From Candidatus Saccharimonadota bacterium (GTDB taxonomy: Archaea > Nanohalarchaeota > Nanosalinia > Nanosalinales > Nanosalinaceae): a stretch of 32,000 bases of DNA. The position numbers and the translations under genes are program-made. Under the pieces are notes generated by a model. The model was not told the origin of the DNA and made no database searches. It saw only the letters and a program-made list of their open reading frames with translations. Positions within the stretch are counted from its first letter, which is position 1. Every line of letters begins with the position of its first letter. The stretch spans positions 1,050,001-1,082,000 of the forward strand of contig CP012986.1 in assembly GCA_001761425.1 (NCBI GenBank), in the 5' to 3' direction. Shown in pieces: positions 1 to 8,355 of this stretch.

Positions 1-593
1 GTTACAGTTTTGATGAGGCCTCTAATAAGCTAGAAGACGGTGACAGTATTGTTGCCAAGCCGCGGAAAGATACCTGTCAGGGCGACTGTGTTGAGCTTGT
101 GGAATCTGAGGACGAGCTTGAGAGTTATATTGACCGTGTTCTGGGAGATTCTTCGAGGGATGAGATAGAGGAGCATCTTCTGTTTGAGGAATATTTTGAG
201 ACAGGTGCCGAAGCTGATAACTCTGATATGAGGATGATCCTTCTGGACGGGGAAATCTACAGGAAGGAACGTTCAGGCGGAGATGGGATCGCGAACAACC
301 TTGATAACAATGGCAAATACGTCGAGGCCCCGGAAGCAAGTGAGGAGGAGAAGAGGCTCGCTGAGAAGACTGAAGAAATCTTCGGAGACGGTTTTTATGC
401 CGTAGATTACATAAGAGATGAAAAGGGAGATGTCAAAGTCCTGGAGAATAACGCGACACCAGGTACGAAAATAGGCGACGAGCTAGAGATTGACCTTGAT
501 AAGGCTATCGCTGGAGAGGCCTACAGCGGGAAGATGTCAGCAGAAAATGGCCTAGAGGAGTATCAAGGCCTTCAAGATGGTGTAATTATTTAA
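1..593 (+). CDS. ATP-grasp family ligase (RimK/glutathione-synthetase-like), C-terminal part; 5' end lies outside the window
   Basis: The frame is open from nt 3 to the stop at 591-593; the GTG at 99 used by the ORF track is internal. The translation shows ATP-grasp hallmarks: 'VAKPRKDTCQGDCVELV', 'DMRMILLDGEI' and 'GDGFYAVDYIRDEKGDVKVLENNATPG' (E-N metal/ATP loop followed by PG). Confidence 0.6.
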   Translation, partial: YSFDEASNKLEDGDSIVAKPRKDTCQGDCVELVESEDELESYIDRVLGDSSRDEIEEHLLFEEYFETGAEADNSDMRMILLDGEIYRKERSGGDGIANNLDNNGKYVEAPEASEEEKRLAEKTEEIFGDGFYAVDYIRDEKGDVKVLENNATPGTKIGDELEIDLDKAIAGEAYSGKMSAENGLEEYQGLQDGVII

Positions 594-629
594 ATAAGGA
601 GTAACTTGTATCATTTAGAGGTCATTAAA

Positions 630-767
630 ATGCAGTTGACAGTACAGAGCATAATGAACAGGTCTATGGAGAATCCCGACCTACTTGTGATCGGATTAGC
701 AGTAGGTTACGTACTTGCTAAAATTCAGGCTAGAAGAAGTGGAATGGGAGGCATGGGAGGCCTCTAG
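630..767 (+). CDS. small (45 aa) single-pass membrane protein, below the ORF-track size cut-off
   Basis: ATG at 630 is preceded by GAGGT (about 11 nt upstream). The translation is MQLTVQSIMNRSMENPDLLVIGLAVGYVLAKIQARRSGMGGMGGL, with one hydrophobic helix. Its stop (765-767) lies within the SD-like AGGTGAT (764-770) of the next gene (ATG 777). Confidence 0.35.
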   Translation: MQLTVQSIMNRSMENPDLLVIGLAVGYVLAKIQARRSGMGGMGGL

Positions 768-776
768 GTGATAAAA

Positions 777-1043
777 ATGGGAAAGTTTTTCACAGACCAG
801 TTCGAGCATTATATGGACAATATTGAGAACACTGTAAACGAGTTCGTATTGGTTGTCCTGTCGTTCGGAGCGATCATGGCGACACTCTACACAGTTACTA
901 ACGGCGCACAGTATGACTGGGTAAGCTTTGGACGTATACTCTTCCCATGGGTCTCGATGCTGGCACTGATGATCATAGCGAGAGAGCTCTGGCTCCTAAA
1001 CAACAAAGTCGAACACTACATTAGACAGCAGTCAGGTGAATAA
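777..1043 (+). CDS. small membrane protein (88 aa), unknown function
   Basis: The ORF track starts at GTG 768, but an SD-like AGGTGAT (764-770) sits 6 nt before ATG 777. There are two hydrophobic helices (LVVLSFGAIMATLYTV; ILFPWVSMLALMIIA). Confidence 0.55.
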   Translation: MGKFFTDQFEHYMDNIENTVNEFVLVVLSFGAIMATLYTVTNGAQYDWVSFGRILFPWVSMLALMIIARELWLLNNKVEHYIRQQSGE

Positions 1044-1048
1044 GTAGA

Positions 1049-1630
1049 GTGGCTCCAACCCCACCAGGATTCGAAGAGTTACTCGCAAGCGGAGGAGAAA
1101 TAGGCCTCTTCTCCGGGATTCTACCCTTCATTATAACCTATACGATATTCTTCTTCCTGATAAGAAGAATAGGCCTTCTGGAAGAAAACAATGACACATT
1201 TGCAGCTATCCTGGCGATCGCATTCGCATTTTACACATCAAGATTCATCATTATGAATCCGGGATATCAGCAGTTCATGCTGGATTATGTCAGCCGTATA
1301 GCCTTGATAACAATAGGCCTACTAGGACTCTTGGTAGTACTTGCGTTCGTAGGCCTGGATCTCAGCAGCGATGTTCAGGGCCTTGGATATATCATGGCCT
1401 TGATAGTCATCGTAGCGTTCACGGTCTCAGGAGGCATACCCGTCATCGCCGGTGACGGTGCACTTGGACAGGTCCAGGAGATTATCAACTGGATGATAAA
1501 CAGCGGGACGATCTGGATACTGGCAGTGCTAGGCCTGCTCGGCTGGACATTGAGAGACAGCGATGACAGTGACAGCAATGGAGGCCTTCCAGAGATCTTC
1601 AGTGCTCTTGGAAACAACAGCGAGGGATAG
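1049..1630 (+). CDS. polytopic membrane protein, unknown function
   Basis: GTG start with AGGTGA (1034-1039) 9 nt upstream. Several hydrophobic helices and an acidic C-terminal tail (DSDDSDSNGG). The N-terminal half is alignable by eye with the next ORF. Confidence 0.6.
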   Translation: MAPTPPGFEELLASGGEIGLFSGILPFIITYTIFFFLIRRIGLLEENNDTFAAILAIAFAFYTSRFIIMNPGYQQFMLDYVSRIALITIGLLGLLVVLAFVGLDLSSDVQGLGYIMALIVIVAFTVSGGIPVIAGDGALGQVQEIINWMINSGTIWILAVLGLLGWTLRDSDDSDSNGGLPEIFSALGNNSEG

Positions 1631-1636
1631 ATCAGT

Positions 1637-2128
1637 ATGGGCGCATTCGACCAGATACTGACAATCATGTGGGATATGGGGTTAAACCTCTTTTTCCCAT
1701 GGCTTGTCATCCTCGCAGTAACCTACGGCCTACTTAACAAGTACGAGGTCATCAGCGAGGAGGATGGAGTCAACGGAGCCATAGCTATCGGAGTAGCATT
1801 CCTCGGTGTTCTAGGCCTTTCAGGAACCTCAGGAATATTCACCAGCTTTGCAGCTGCCATAACTTTCGGTGTTTTCGGAGTCCTAGGCCTGATGGTCCTC
1901 ATGGCTGTCGCAGGATACGATATCACAGAACACGCTGAAGACTCGACTTCAGGATTCGCAGTATTTGCAGCCCTTATAGGACTTATCTCATTCATGGCTG
2001 TCGTTTTCAACTTTGTAGACTTCCAGCAGTGGATACCTTCAGACGCGTCAGTCTTCCAGGATGCGATAATGCCTGTACTGATACTGGTATTCCTGTTCCT
2101 GGTGATAGCAGTAACAGTCAGAGAGTAA
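1637..2128 (+). CDS. polytopic membrane protein, likely paralog of 1049-1630
   Basis: ATG lies 6 nt after the previous stop, with GAGGGA upstream. Its helix/loop layout resembles the preceding gene (FPWLVILAVTYGLLNKYEVISEEDGVNGAIAIGVAFL versus LPFIITYTIFFFLIRRIGLLEENNDTFAAILAIAFAF). Confidence 0.6.
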   Translation: MGAFDQILTIMWDMGLNLFFPWLVILAVTYGLLNKYEVISEEDGVNGAIAIGVAFLGVLGLSGTSGIFTSFAAAITFGVFGVLGLMVLMAVAGYDITEHAEDSTSGFAVFAALIGLISFMAVVFNFVDFQQWIPSDASVFQDAIMPVLILVFLFLVIAVTVRE

Positions 2129-2163
2129 AAAAGTAGATAAAAAGGAAAACATTTCCTCCACTA

Positions 2164-2169
2164 TTTTTT
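2164..2169 (+). terminator. oligo-T run downstream of the 630-2128 membrane-protein genes
   Basis: T6 run lies 36 nt after the stop at 2128, in the spacer between convergent genes. Archaeal RNA polymerase terminates at oligo-T tracts. Confidence 0.35.
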
Positions 2170-2200
2170 CTATCTTGAAAGAAGGCAGAAGAACGAAATT

Positions 2201-2210
2201 AAAGAAAAAA
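2201..2210 (-). terminator. oligo-T run (minus strand) just after the stop of the Q/N-rich gene
   Basis: The plus strand reads AAAGAAAAAA, so the minus strand reads TTTTTTCTTT, beginning 10 nt past the stop codon at 2221-2223. Confidence 0.35.
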
Positions 2211-2220
2211 CTAGAGAGGT

Positions 2221-3144
2221 TTACCAGTCTTCCATGTCCATCTCGTCCATATCATCCTGGGAAACACTGGCATCGGTCTCGATACCTCTCTCCTGTTTGA
2301 TCTCCTGGACAAGACCTGTCAGATCCCTGACATTGTCCACCAGAGATGGAAGAACCTGCTGGAAGGCCTTTTCCAGGCCTCCGATCCTTGATTCATAGTC
2401 ATCGATGTGCTGTTCGATCTCGTCCATTTTCTCTATAAACTGCTGTTGGTCCTCGTCATCTCTGACTTCCAGATCGTGTACTCTCTGCTCCAGATCCTCA
2501 AGCTCATCTTCTATAGTATCTAGCTCCATGTAAACGTTCTGGAACTCGGTTTTAACTCTCTGGAAGTTCTCGGCTACAATAGTTTCGATTAACTCCTCTA
2601 CTGCAGGGTCAACTTCTCCTGATCCTCCGCCTGCGGAATTCTCCTGTCCCTGCTGCTGGATAGGTTGCTGAACCTGCTGTTGCTGTGTCTGCTGAGGCTG
2701 TTGCTGCATACCCTGATCCTGCTGAAAGGCCTGATTATTGTTCTGAAAGTTTTGCTGCTGATTCTGCTGTTGCTGAGACTGGTTATTGTTCTGTTCGTAT
2801 CCTTGGTCCATCGGGCTTACCGCCTCCTGTTCCTGATCTGAACTGTACTGCGTAAGTGGTTGAGGCCCGTCATCCTGCTGGCCTCCTGTTGCAGAGCTTG
2901 TTACTGCGTTGTTCATCGCTCTCTGTATTTCCTGTTGGGAGTACTGTCCCTGGAGTTCCTGCATTATATCTTCGTCTGAGTATCCCTGCTGGGACATGTT
3001 CTTTACTGTGCGTTCCAGACTTCCACCGGATAGCACACTGTTGTTTTCCGAACGGCCTGACTGCTGTTGCTGATTTGCTCCTAGCGAACCTCCTCCAGAA
3101 CCGTCTTCATCGTCCTTCATTCTTCCAAACAGTTTGAACTCCAT
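2221..3144 (-). CDS. Q/N-rich low-complexity protein with acidic C-terminal coiled coil
   Basis: 307 aa ORF. GGTGAGG lies about 13 nt upstream of the ATG. Residues ~113-168 are almost pure Q/N (QNNNQSQQQQNQQQNFQNNNQAFQQDQGMQQQPQQTQQQQVQQPIQQQGQ). The C-terminal ~120 aa have heptad-like acidic repeats (ELDTIEDELEDLEQRVHDLE...). No enzymatic motif recognised. Confidence 0.7.
   Translation of the reverse strand: MEFKLFGRMKDDEDGSGGGSLGANQQQQSGRSENNSVLSGGSLERTVKNMSQQGYSDEDIMQELQGQYSQQEIQRAMNNAVTSSATGGQQDDGPQPLTQYSSDQEQEAVSPMDQGYEQNNNQSQQQQNQQQNFQNNNQAFQQDQGMQQQPQQTQQQQVQQPIQQQGQENSAGGGSGEVDPAVEELIETIVAENFQRVKTEFQNVYMELDTIEDELEDLEQRVHDLEVRDDEDQQQFIEKMDEIEQHIDDYESRIGGLEKAFQQVLPSLVDNVRDLTGLVQEIKQERGIETDASVSQDDMDEMDMEDW
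2641..2808 (-). repeat. CAG/CAA (plus strand CTG/TTG) trinucleotide-rich low-complexity tract encoding the Q/N domain
   Basis: Direct reading shows ctgctgctgg...ctgctgttgctgtgtctgctgaggctgttgctgc...ttgctgctgattctgctgttgctg. Confidence 0.8.
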
Positions 3145-3197
3145 AAAGTTTCTACCTCACCTTCCTATCGAAACTGTAGGTTTTCGAAAACATATTG

Positions 3198-3629
3198 TTA
3201 TCTTTCCTCTTCTTGCTTTTTTATCTTTCTGTCGACCATTTTTTCGATTTCCTGCTTGCTCGGACCTGTATTTTCCTGTAACATCTCTTTGGCCTCTTTT
3301 TTTGTGACGAAAGAGGAGTGAATCGGGTTCATGAGATCCATGTAGTTCTCGATCTCCTCGATCTCCTGAGATGTGACGAACTTTCTCTTCTCTCTGTTTA
3401 TCTCTTTGATATCTACTTCCATGTTGGCGACTCTATCTCTAAGATCGCTCATATCATCGTTCAGGTCCTGAAGCTCGCTGTTGATATCTTTTGTCTTATC
3501 GAGGAGAGTATCATCCAGAGTATTGACCCTGGCGTTCATGTTCCTGATCTTCTCCTCAAGGTCTCTAACCCTCCTATTGAAGTCGTTCACCCTGTCAACG
3601 AGCTTATTTACAACTTGTTGGTCCGCCAT
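3198..3629 (-). CDS. coiled-coil protein (143 aa), unknown function; first gene of the unit transcribed divergently from the pilus ATPase
   Basis: The ORF has a continuous heptad-like charged pattern (VNDFNRRVRDLEEKIRNMNARVNTLDDTLLDKTKDINSELQDLNDDMSDLRDRVANMEVDIKEI). Its start lies 33 bp from the ATPase start. No TM segment or signal peptide. Confidence 0.65.
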   Translation of the reverse strand: MADQQVVNKLVDRVNDFNRRVRDLEEKIRNMNARVNTLDDTLLDKTKDINSELQDLNDDMSDLRDRVANMEVDIKEINREKRKFVTSQEIEEIENYMDLMNPIHSSFVTKKEAKEMLQENTGPSKQEIEKMVDRKIKKQEEER

Positions 3630-3635
3630 CCTATC

Positions 3636-3645
3636 TTTTAATTTA
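3636..3645 (+). promoter_or_regulatory. TATA-like element for the pilus operon, within a 33-bp divergent spacer
   Basis: TTTTAATTTA is centred about 23 nt upstream of ATG 3663, consistent with a leaderless transcript. A second AT-rich element (AATAATAA, 3656-3663) could serve the divergent minus-strand gene. Confidence 0.35.
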
Positions 3646-3662
3646 GAAACCCCCGAATAATA

Positions 3663-5954
3663 ATGCTGGGTGTAAAGAAAGAGATGGTCGATAGAGGTCA
3701 GGGAGATCAGGGTGTATTCGAATACGAATATGATGAAGAGACATCAACCGTAAGAGTCAACACACTCGGCTCAATGTACGGAGCAAGCATAGAGGACTAC
3801 CCAGAAGTCATGGCCCGTGTCATAAACATCCTACAGGAGGTACCCAACGCAGAATCCGTTATACTAGCTGAATCAAGAGAATACGAATACGGAGAGGACC
3901 AGGTAAAGCTCCTAAGAGAAATAGCCAACGCTATACAGGAAATCTCCCGCCAGGGATACATCTCACAGGACGTCAAGACAGAAAAATGCGACCAGATCTA
4001 CAGCGAACACCTGCCAGAAGTCCAGAAAATGGTTTTCAACAAACTCCGAATGGACCCTGTAGGAGCATACGTACAGATCAAAAGAAAGGAACGCCACCTC
4101 AGACAGAAGATGGAAGATGGCTACCCACAGCAACAGAGATGCTGTAAATACTTTCTTCAGGACGTGGTCAAACCTGTCAAAGAAAGAATAGAACAATGTA
4201 AATTTATCCAGCAAGCCCAAGACCAGATCACAGGCCACCACGTCGGAGAAAGAGAGATCTACAGAGAATACTTCCACCCTCTGGTAAGGCCTAACTTCAT
4301 GCTTACCAAGTTCATGTCCCTTCCTCCAGAAAGAGGAGAGGAGATGGAACGCTACGAAATGGATAACATAGACGCAGAAGTCACAGTATACGATGTTCCT
4401 CACAAGACAAGGCCTGTCTACCACATCGATCCACCGGAATTCAATCTTTCAGAAGAAAAATACAACATTCTGGACGCAGCGAGACGTTTTATGGCTTCAC
4501 ACGATCCTCAGGAAGGAGAGTTCGCGGAGCCTGACAAGATGCGTGATGTCTTCCAAAACATTGGACGCGATATGCTGAGAGATGTCGCAAACCAGATGGG
4601 GGTAAGACTGGAAAACGATGAGATGGAACAGCTTGCAAATATACTGAACAGATACACTTCAGGCCTTGGAGTACTGGAACTTTTACTCTCCGATCCGAAG
4701 ATCCAGGACGTCTACATCAACTCCCCGATCGGTGACTCGCCTATCTTCATCTCACATCAGGACTACGAAGAATGTGAGACTAACCTGATACCCACGAAAG
4801 AAGAGGCAGAGTCATGGGCTACACGTTTCAGGATCCAGTCAGGAAGGCCTCTAGATGAAGCGAATCCGGTACTGGACACAGAGACTGAGGTTGAAGGAGG
4901 TAGAGCTCGTGTAGCTGTTATACAGGAAAATCTTTCGCCTGAAGGCCTTGCATTCGCTTTTCGTAGACATCGTTCACGTGCCTGGACTCTGCCTCTGTTC
5001 ATCAACAATGGGATGCTTTCGCCGCTTGCAGCAGCTTTGATATCGTTTATTGTGGATGGTAACCGTTCTGTCCTGTTTGCAGGTACAAGAGGCGCAGGTA
5101 AGTCATCGCTTCTGTCTGCTTCGATGCTCGAGATCATGAAGAGCCACAGAATTGTAACTGTAGAAGATACCCTGGAGTTGCCTGTGCCCCAGATGAATGA
5201 TCTTGGTTACAATATTGAAAGGATGAAGTCCCGTTCTGTTATTACACAGGTGGAAAACGAGATGGGAGCGGATGACGCGATCCGTACCTCTCTCAGATTG
5301 GGTGACTCTGCCCTTGTCATTGGAGAGGTTCGTTCCGAAGAAGCCCAGGCCCTTTACGAGGCAATGCGTGTTGGAGCCGTTGCTAACTTCGTCGGAGGTA
5401 CTATCCACGGCGAAGACGCTTACTCTGTATTCGACCGTGTTGTCAACGACCTGGGAGTTCCTCGTACCTCCTTCAAGGCGACAGATATTGTTGTACAGGT
5501 TAACAAGATTGAAAGTCCTGGAGGTATGGAAACATACCGTCGTGTAACCGGTATCACCGAAGTTCGCAAGGAATGGGAAGACGACCCGCAGGAGGAAAAT
5601 GCTTTCGTGGACCTGATGCGGTACGACAGCAATAAAGACAAGCTTGTGCCGACAGATACTCTGATCAACGGAGAATCTCTCATACTCGGCAGGATCGCCG
5701 AAAACATCAAGGAATGGAAGAACAACTGGGAGGCAGTCTGGAACAATATCCAGTTGAGAAAAGACACAAAAAAGGCGATAGTCGATAAATACAAAGAAAC
5801 AGGAAATGATGAACTGCTTGAAGCAGAATTCGCAGTTAAGGCAAACCAGCAATTCCACATCATAGCTGAAAAAGTCAACGAAGAATACGGGGAACAGGAT
5901 AGAGAAAGGATATACAACAGATGGACGGAATGGTTGGATCAACAGGTGAAGTAA
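3663..5954 (+). CDS. type IV pilus/archaellum-family secretion ATPase (FlaI/PilB/GspE/VirB11 superfamily) with a long N-terminal region
   Basis: 763 aa. Walker A 'FAGTRGAGKSSLLSA' (nt ~5082-5105), Asp box 'IVTVEDTLEL', Walker B 'SALVIGEVRSEEAQA' and His box 'GGTIHGED' appear in the canonical order of secretion ATPases. It is followed immediately by a polytopic platform gene. Confidence 0.9.
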   Translation: MLGVKKEMVDRGQGDQGVFEYEYDEETSTVRVNTLGSMYGASIEDYPEVMARVINILQEVPNAESVILAESREYEYGEDQVKLLREIANAIQEISRQGYISQDVKTEKCDQIYSEHLPEVQKMVFNKLRMDPVGAYVQIKRKERHLRQKMEDGYPQQQRCCKYFLQDVVKPVKERIEQCKFIQQAQDQITGHHVGEREIYREYFHPLVRPNFMLTKFMSLPPERGEEMERYEMDNIDAEVTVYDVPHKTRPVYHIDPPEFNLSEEKYNILDAARRFMASHDPQEGEFAEPDKMRDVFQNIGRDMLRDVANQMGVRLENDEMEQLANILNRYTSGLGVLELLLSDPKIQDVYINSPIGDSPIFISHQDYEECETNLIPTKEEAESWATRFRIQSGRPLDEANPVLDTETEVEGGRARVAVIQENLSPEGLAFAFRRHRSRAWTLPLFINNGMLSPLAAALISFIVDGNRSVLFAGTRGAGKSSLLSASMLEIMKSHRIVTVEDTLELPVPQMNDLGYNIERMKSRSVITQVENEMGADDAIRTSLRLGDSALVIGEVRSEEAQALYEAMRVGAVANFVGGTIHGEDAYSVFDRVVNDLGVPRTSFKATDIVVQVNKIESPGGMETYRRVTGITEVRKEWEDDPQEENAFVDLMRYDSNKDKLVPTDTLINGESLILGRIAENIKEWKNNWEAVWNNIQLRKDTKKAIVDKYKETGNDELLEAEFAVKANQQFHIIAEKVNEEYGEQDRERIYNRWTEWLDQQVK

Positions 5955-8144
5955 ATGCCAGAAAACCCAGAAGATTCTAAAGGAGGCCTGAATGAAAAAG
6001 AAAAGGAAAGGCTTCAGGACGTAATAAACGAGATAAACGAAGACGTCCAGAGGCCTCCCTACGACACAAACGATAACAAAGAAGGTTATTCTCGACAGTA
6101 CAAAGAGTTCAGAAAGGAAGAAGAACAATCTCAAGATCTAACACAGTATGAAACTCTTTGCTACCGGATGGCAGGCCTATTTAATCTAAGTGCTGAAAAA
6201 AGCACCAAGAAAAAACTCCAGCCTTCCATAGATCTTCTCGACTGGGAGATCACTCCCGGCATGGTAGTGTCAGCAACGGCGGGAGTAGGCCTCTTTTCGT
6301 TCATGGCCTGGTTTGTGATCTTCATGCTGAACCTACTGGTCCTGCCTATTATCCCTGTTTCATTACTTGCTATAAGCGTCTTGGCGCCAGTAGGAGCTAC
6401 AGCTTATACGTTCTATCTCCCTATCTTTGCTGCAAAGAACAAGGTTATCCGCTCAAGTGGAGAGATGATACTTTCAATTCTGTACATGGTCATTTACATG
6501 CGTACATCAGCAAACCTGGAGGGAGCGATAAGGTTCGCTGCTCTCAACTTGAAAGGCCCTATCTCAGACGACTTAAAGGGTGTTCTATGGGATGTCGAGT
6601 CAGGTAAGTACAATGAGATCAACAAATCTCTTGAAAACTACACTCAGAAATGGAAGGACTTCAACGAGGATTACCTGGAGTCTCTCAACCTGCTCATAGC
6701 ATCACTGAACGAGCCGAACAAAAAAAGGAGGGACAGACTGATGCAGGATGCTATAGACAACATCCTGGACGGGACAAAGGAAAAGATGAAACACTACGCA
6801 CAGAACCTGGAGACTCCTGTAATGATAATAAACGCTGTCGGAGCCATGCTCCCGGTACTAGGCATGATAATGCTACCACTTATCTCAGCATTCATGGGAG
6901 GAGTCATAACACCTCTGCACCTTCTCATAATGTTCAATATAATGCTCCCGACCTTCCTCTGGATCTTTATGCAGAGAACACTTAGCTCAAGGCCTCCAAC
7001 AGTTTCTTCAAAGCCTTCAAAGAAAGGAAATCTGCCAGACAGAGGAAAATACACGATCAAAGCCATGGACCGGAAAATCTCCGTCCCTACATGGCCTATA
7101 GGCCTCGGAATCTTCTTTATCGTAGGACTCTACGGAATGGCCGGTTACCTTGTCTATCCTCACTTCTACCCTGTTGAAAATATCAATCCTGCTAATGTAC
7201 CAGCAATTTTCCTTGACGGTTCACAGCTCAATGCCTTCCCTATGCTCATGAGAAGCGTTTCAATAGTACTAGGTTTAGGCCTCGGCATAGGCGTGAGCAA
7301 GACTCTTGGTAACAAAGCACGACAGCAAGCAGAAGAAGAGATCCAGAAAATTGAACAGCAGTTCCCTAACGCCCTCTTCGAGCTAGGAAACAATATTTCA
7401 GGAGGAACACCGATAGAACTTGCCTTACAGGACGCTGGACAATCGACAAAAGACCTGGAGATTTCCAACCTGTTTGTTGAGGCCTCTAATAACATCAAAA
7501 ACATGGGTATGACGTTTGAGCAGTCTATCTTTGATGAAGATTACGGTGCTTTGAAGCATTATCCTAGCCAGACTATTGAGACTGTTATGCGTGCTATACT
7601 GTCTTCTTCAAACAAAGGTACAAAGATGGCTTCCACTGCGATGATGACAATTTCGCGGTATCTAGAGAACATCCATGACACCCAGGAACAGCTTAACGAC
7701 CTGATGGAAGATACTACCACTACCATTCAGATGCTTGCATACATGCTGGCTCCGGTGATCTCCGGTGTCGCAGTAGGAATGTCCCAGACCATCATCTCAG
7801 CACTTTACTCACTTGGAGAATCTTTCAGCTCCACACAGCAGAATCTTCCTGATGGAGGAGGCGGAGCAGGAGGAGGCCTCGGCGGTACCGGTATACTTGA
7901 TAACCTGCAGTCCGCTATACCGCCAGAGATGCTTCAGTTCGTAGTTGGAGCATATCTAATCCAGCTACTTTATATACTAGGAACGTTTTACACCAAGATA
8001 ACGCAGGGAGAGGACAAAACCTACAAGAATATGTTCATCGGAAAGATAATGATGTCAGGCCTGTTCTTCTACACAATGACAGTGGTAATCATCAGTCTGA
8101 TGTTCGGAAGCCTCGTAGGAAGTGTAGGATCTAACCTGGGATAG
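5955..8144 (+). CDS. FlaJ/TadC/PilC-like polytopic membrane platform protein
   Basis: 729 aa. ATG directly follows the ATPase stop, with AGGTGA at 5944-5949. An acidic cytoplasmic N-terminus is followed by two blocks of TM helices separated by soluble segments. The family call rests on topology and its obligatory position next to the ATPase, not on a signature motif. Confidence 0.72.
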   Translation: MPENPEDSKGGLNEKEKERLQDVINEINEDVQRPPYDTNDNKEGYSRQYKEFRKEEEQSQDLTQYETLCYRMAGLFNLSAEKSTKKKLQPSIDLLDWEITPGMVVSATAGVGLFSFMAWFVIFMLNLLVLPIIPVSLLAISVLAPVGATAYTFYLPIFAAKNKVIRSSGEMILSILYMVIYMRTSANLEGAIRFAALNLKGPISDDLKGVLWDVESGKYNEINKSLENYTQKWKDFNEDYLESLNLLIASLNEPNKKRRDRLMQDAIDNILDGTKEKMKHYAQNLETPVMIINAVGAMLPVLGMIMLPLISAFMGGVITPLHLLIMFNIMLPTFLWIFMQRTLSSRPPTVSSKPSKKGNLPDRGKYTIKAMDRKISVPTWPIGLGIFFIVGLYGMAGYLVYPHFYPVENINPANVPAIFLDGSQLNAFPMLMRSVSIVLGLGLGIGVSKTLGNKARQQAEEEIQKIEQQFPNALFELGNNISGGTPIELALQDAGQSTKDLEISNLFVEASNNIKNMGMTFEQSIFDEDYGALKHYPSQTIETVMRAILSSSNKGTKMASTAMMTISRYLENIHDTQEQLNDLMEDTTTTIQMLAYMLAPVISGVAVGMSQTIISALYSLGESFSSTQQNLPDGGGGAGGGLGGTGILDNLQSAIPPEMLQFVVGAYLIQLLYILGTFYTKITQGEDKTYKNMFIGKIMMSGLFFYTMTVVIISLMFGSLVGSVGSNLG

Positions 8145-8148
8145 AAAG

Positions 8149-8328
8149 ATGAACGACTGGATACTCGAAAAGATAGCGGACGAATGGAGCAAAGGAGGAA
8201 TCACAGCCAGGAAACTGGTCCTGATAGTCATCGGTGTATCCGTAACTGCAATAGTCATAATGACCATAAGAAGCGGGATAGAAAGCGCCTACACTGAAGG
8301 CCTCGAGAACGCACTGGAGAACCATTAA
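8149..8328 (+). CDS. small (59 aa) pilin-like/single-pass protein, below the ORF-track cut-off
   Basis: ATG lies 4 nt after the platform gene stop. Translation is MNDWILEKIADEWSKGGITARKLVLIVIGVSVTAIVIMTIRSGIESAYTEGLENALENH, with KGG followed by a ~20-aa hydrophobic helix. Confidence 0.45.
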   Translation: MNDWILEKIADEWSKGGITARKLVLIVIGVSVTAIVIMTIRSGIESAYTEGLENALENH

Positions 8329-8355
8329 AAACAATCGAGAACAAGTTGGTTATCA

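Noticed and set aside
22-339. 105-aa minus-strand ORF at the left edge.
   Set aside because: It is antisense to the ATP-grasp coding frame, which shows family motifs. Its basic, Pro/Ser/Gln-rich composition is atypical for this acidic proteome.
5103-6134. 343-aa minus-strand ORF spanning the ATPase/platform gene junction.
   Set aside because: The translation is F/V/L/C-rich with no recognisable features. It is antisense to the ATPase region carrying the Asp box, Walker B and His box, and it has no SD or TATA context.
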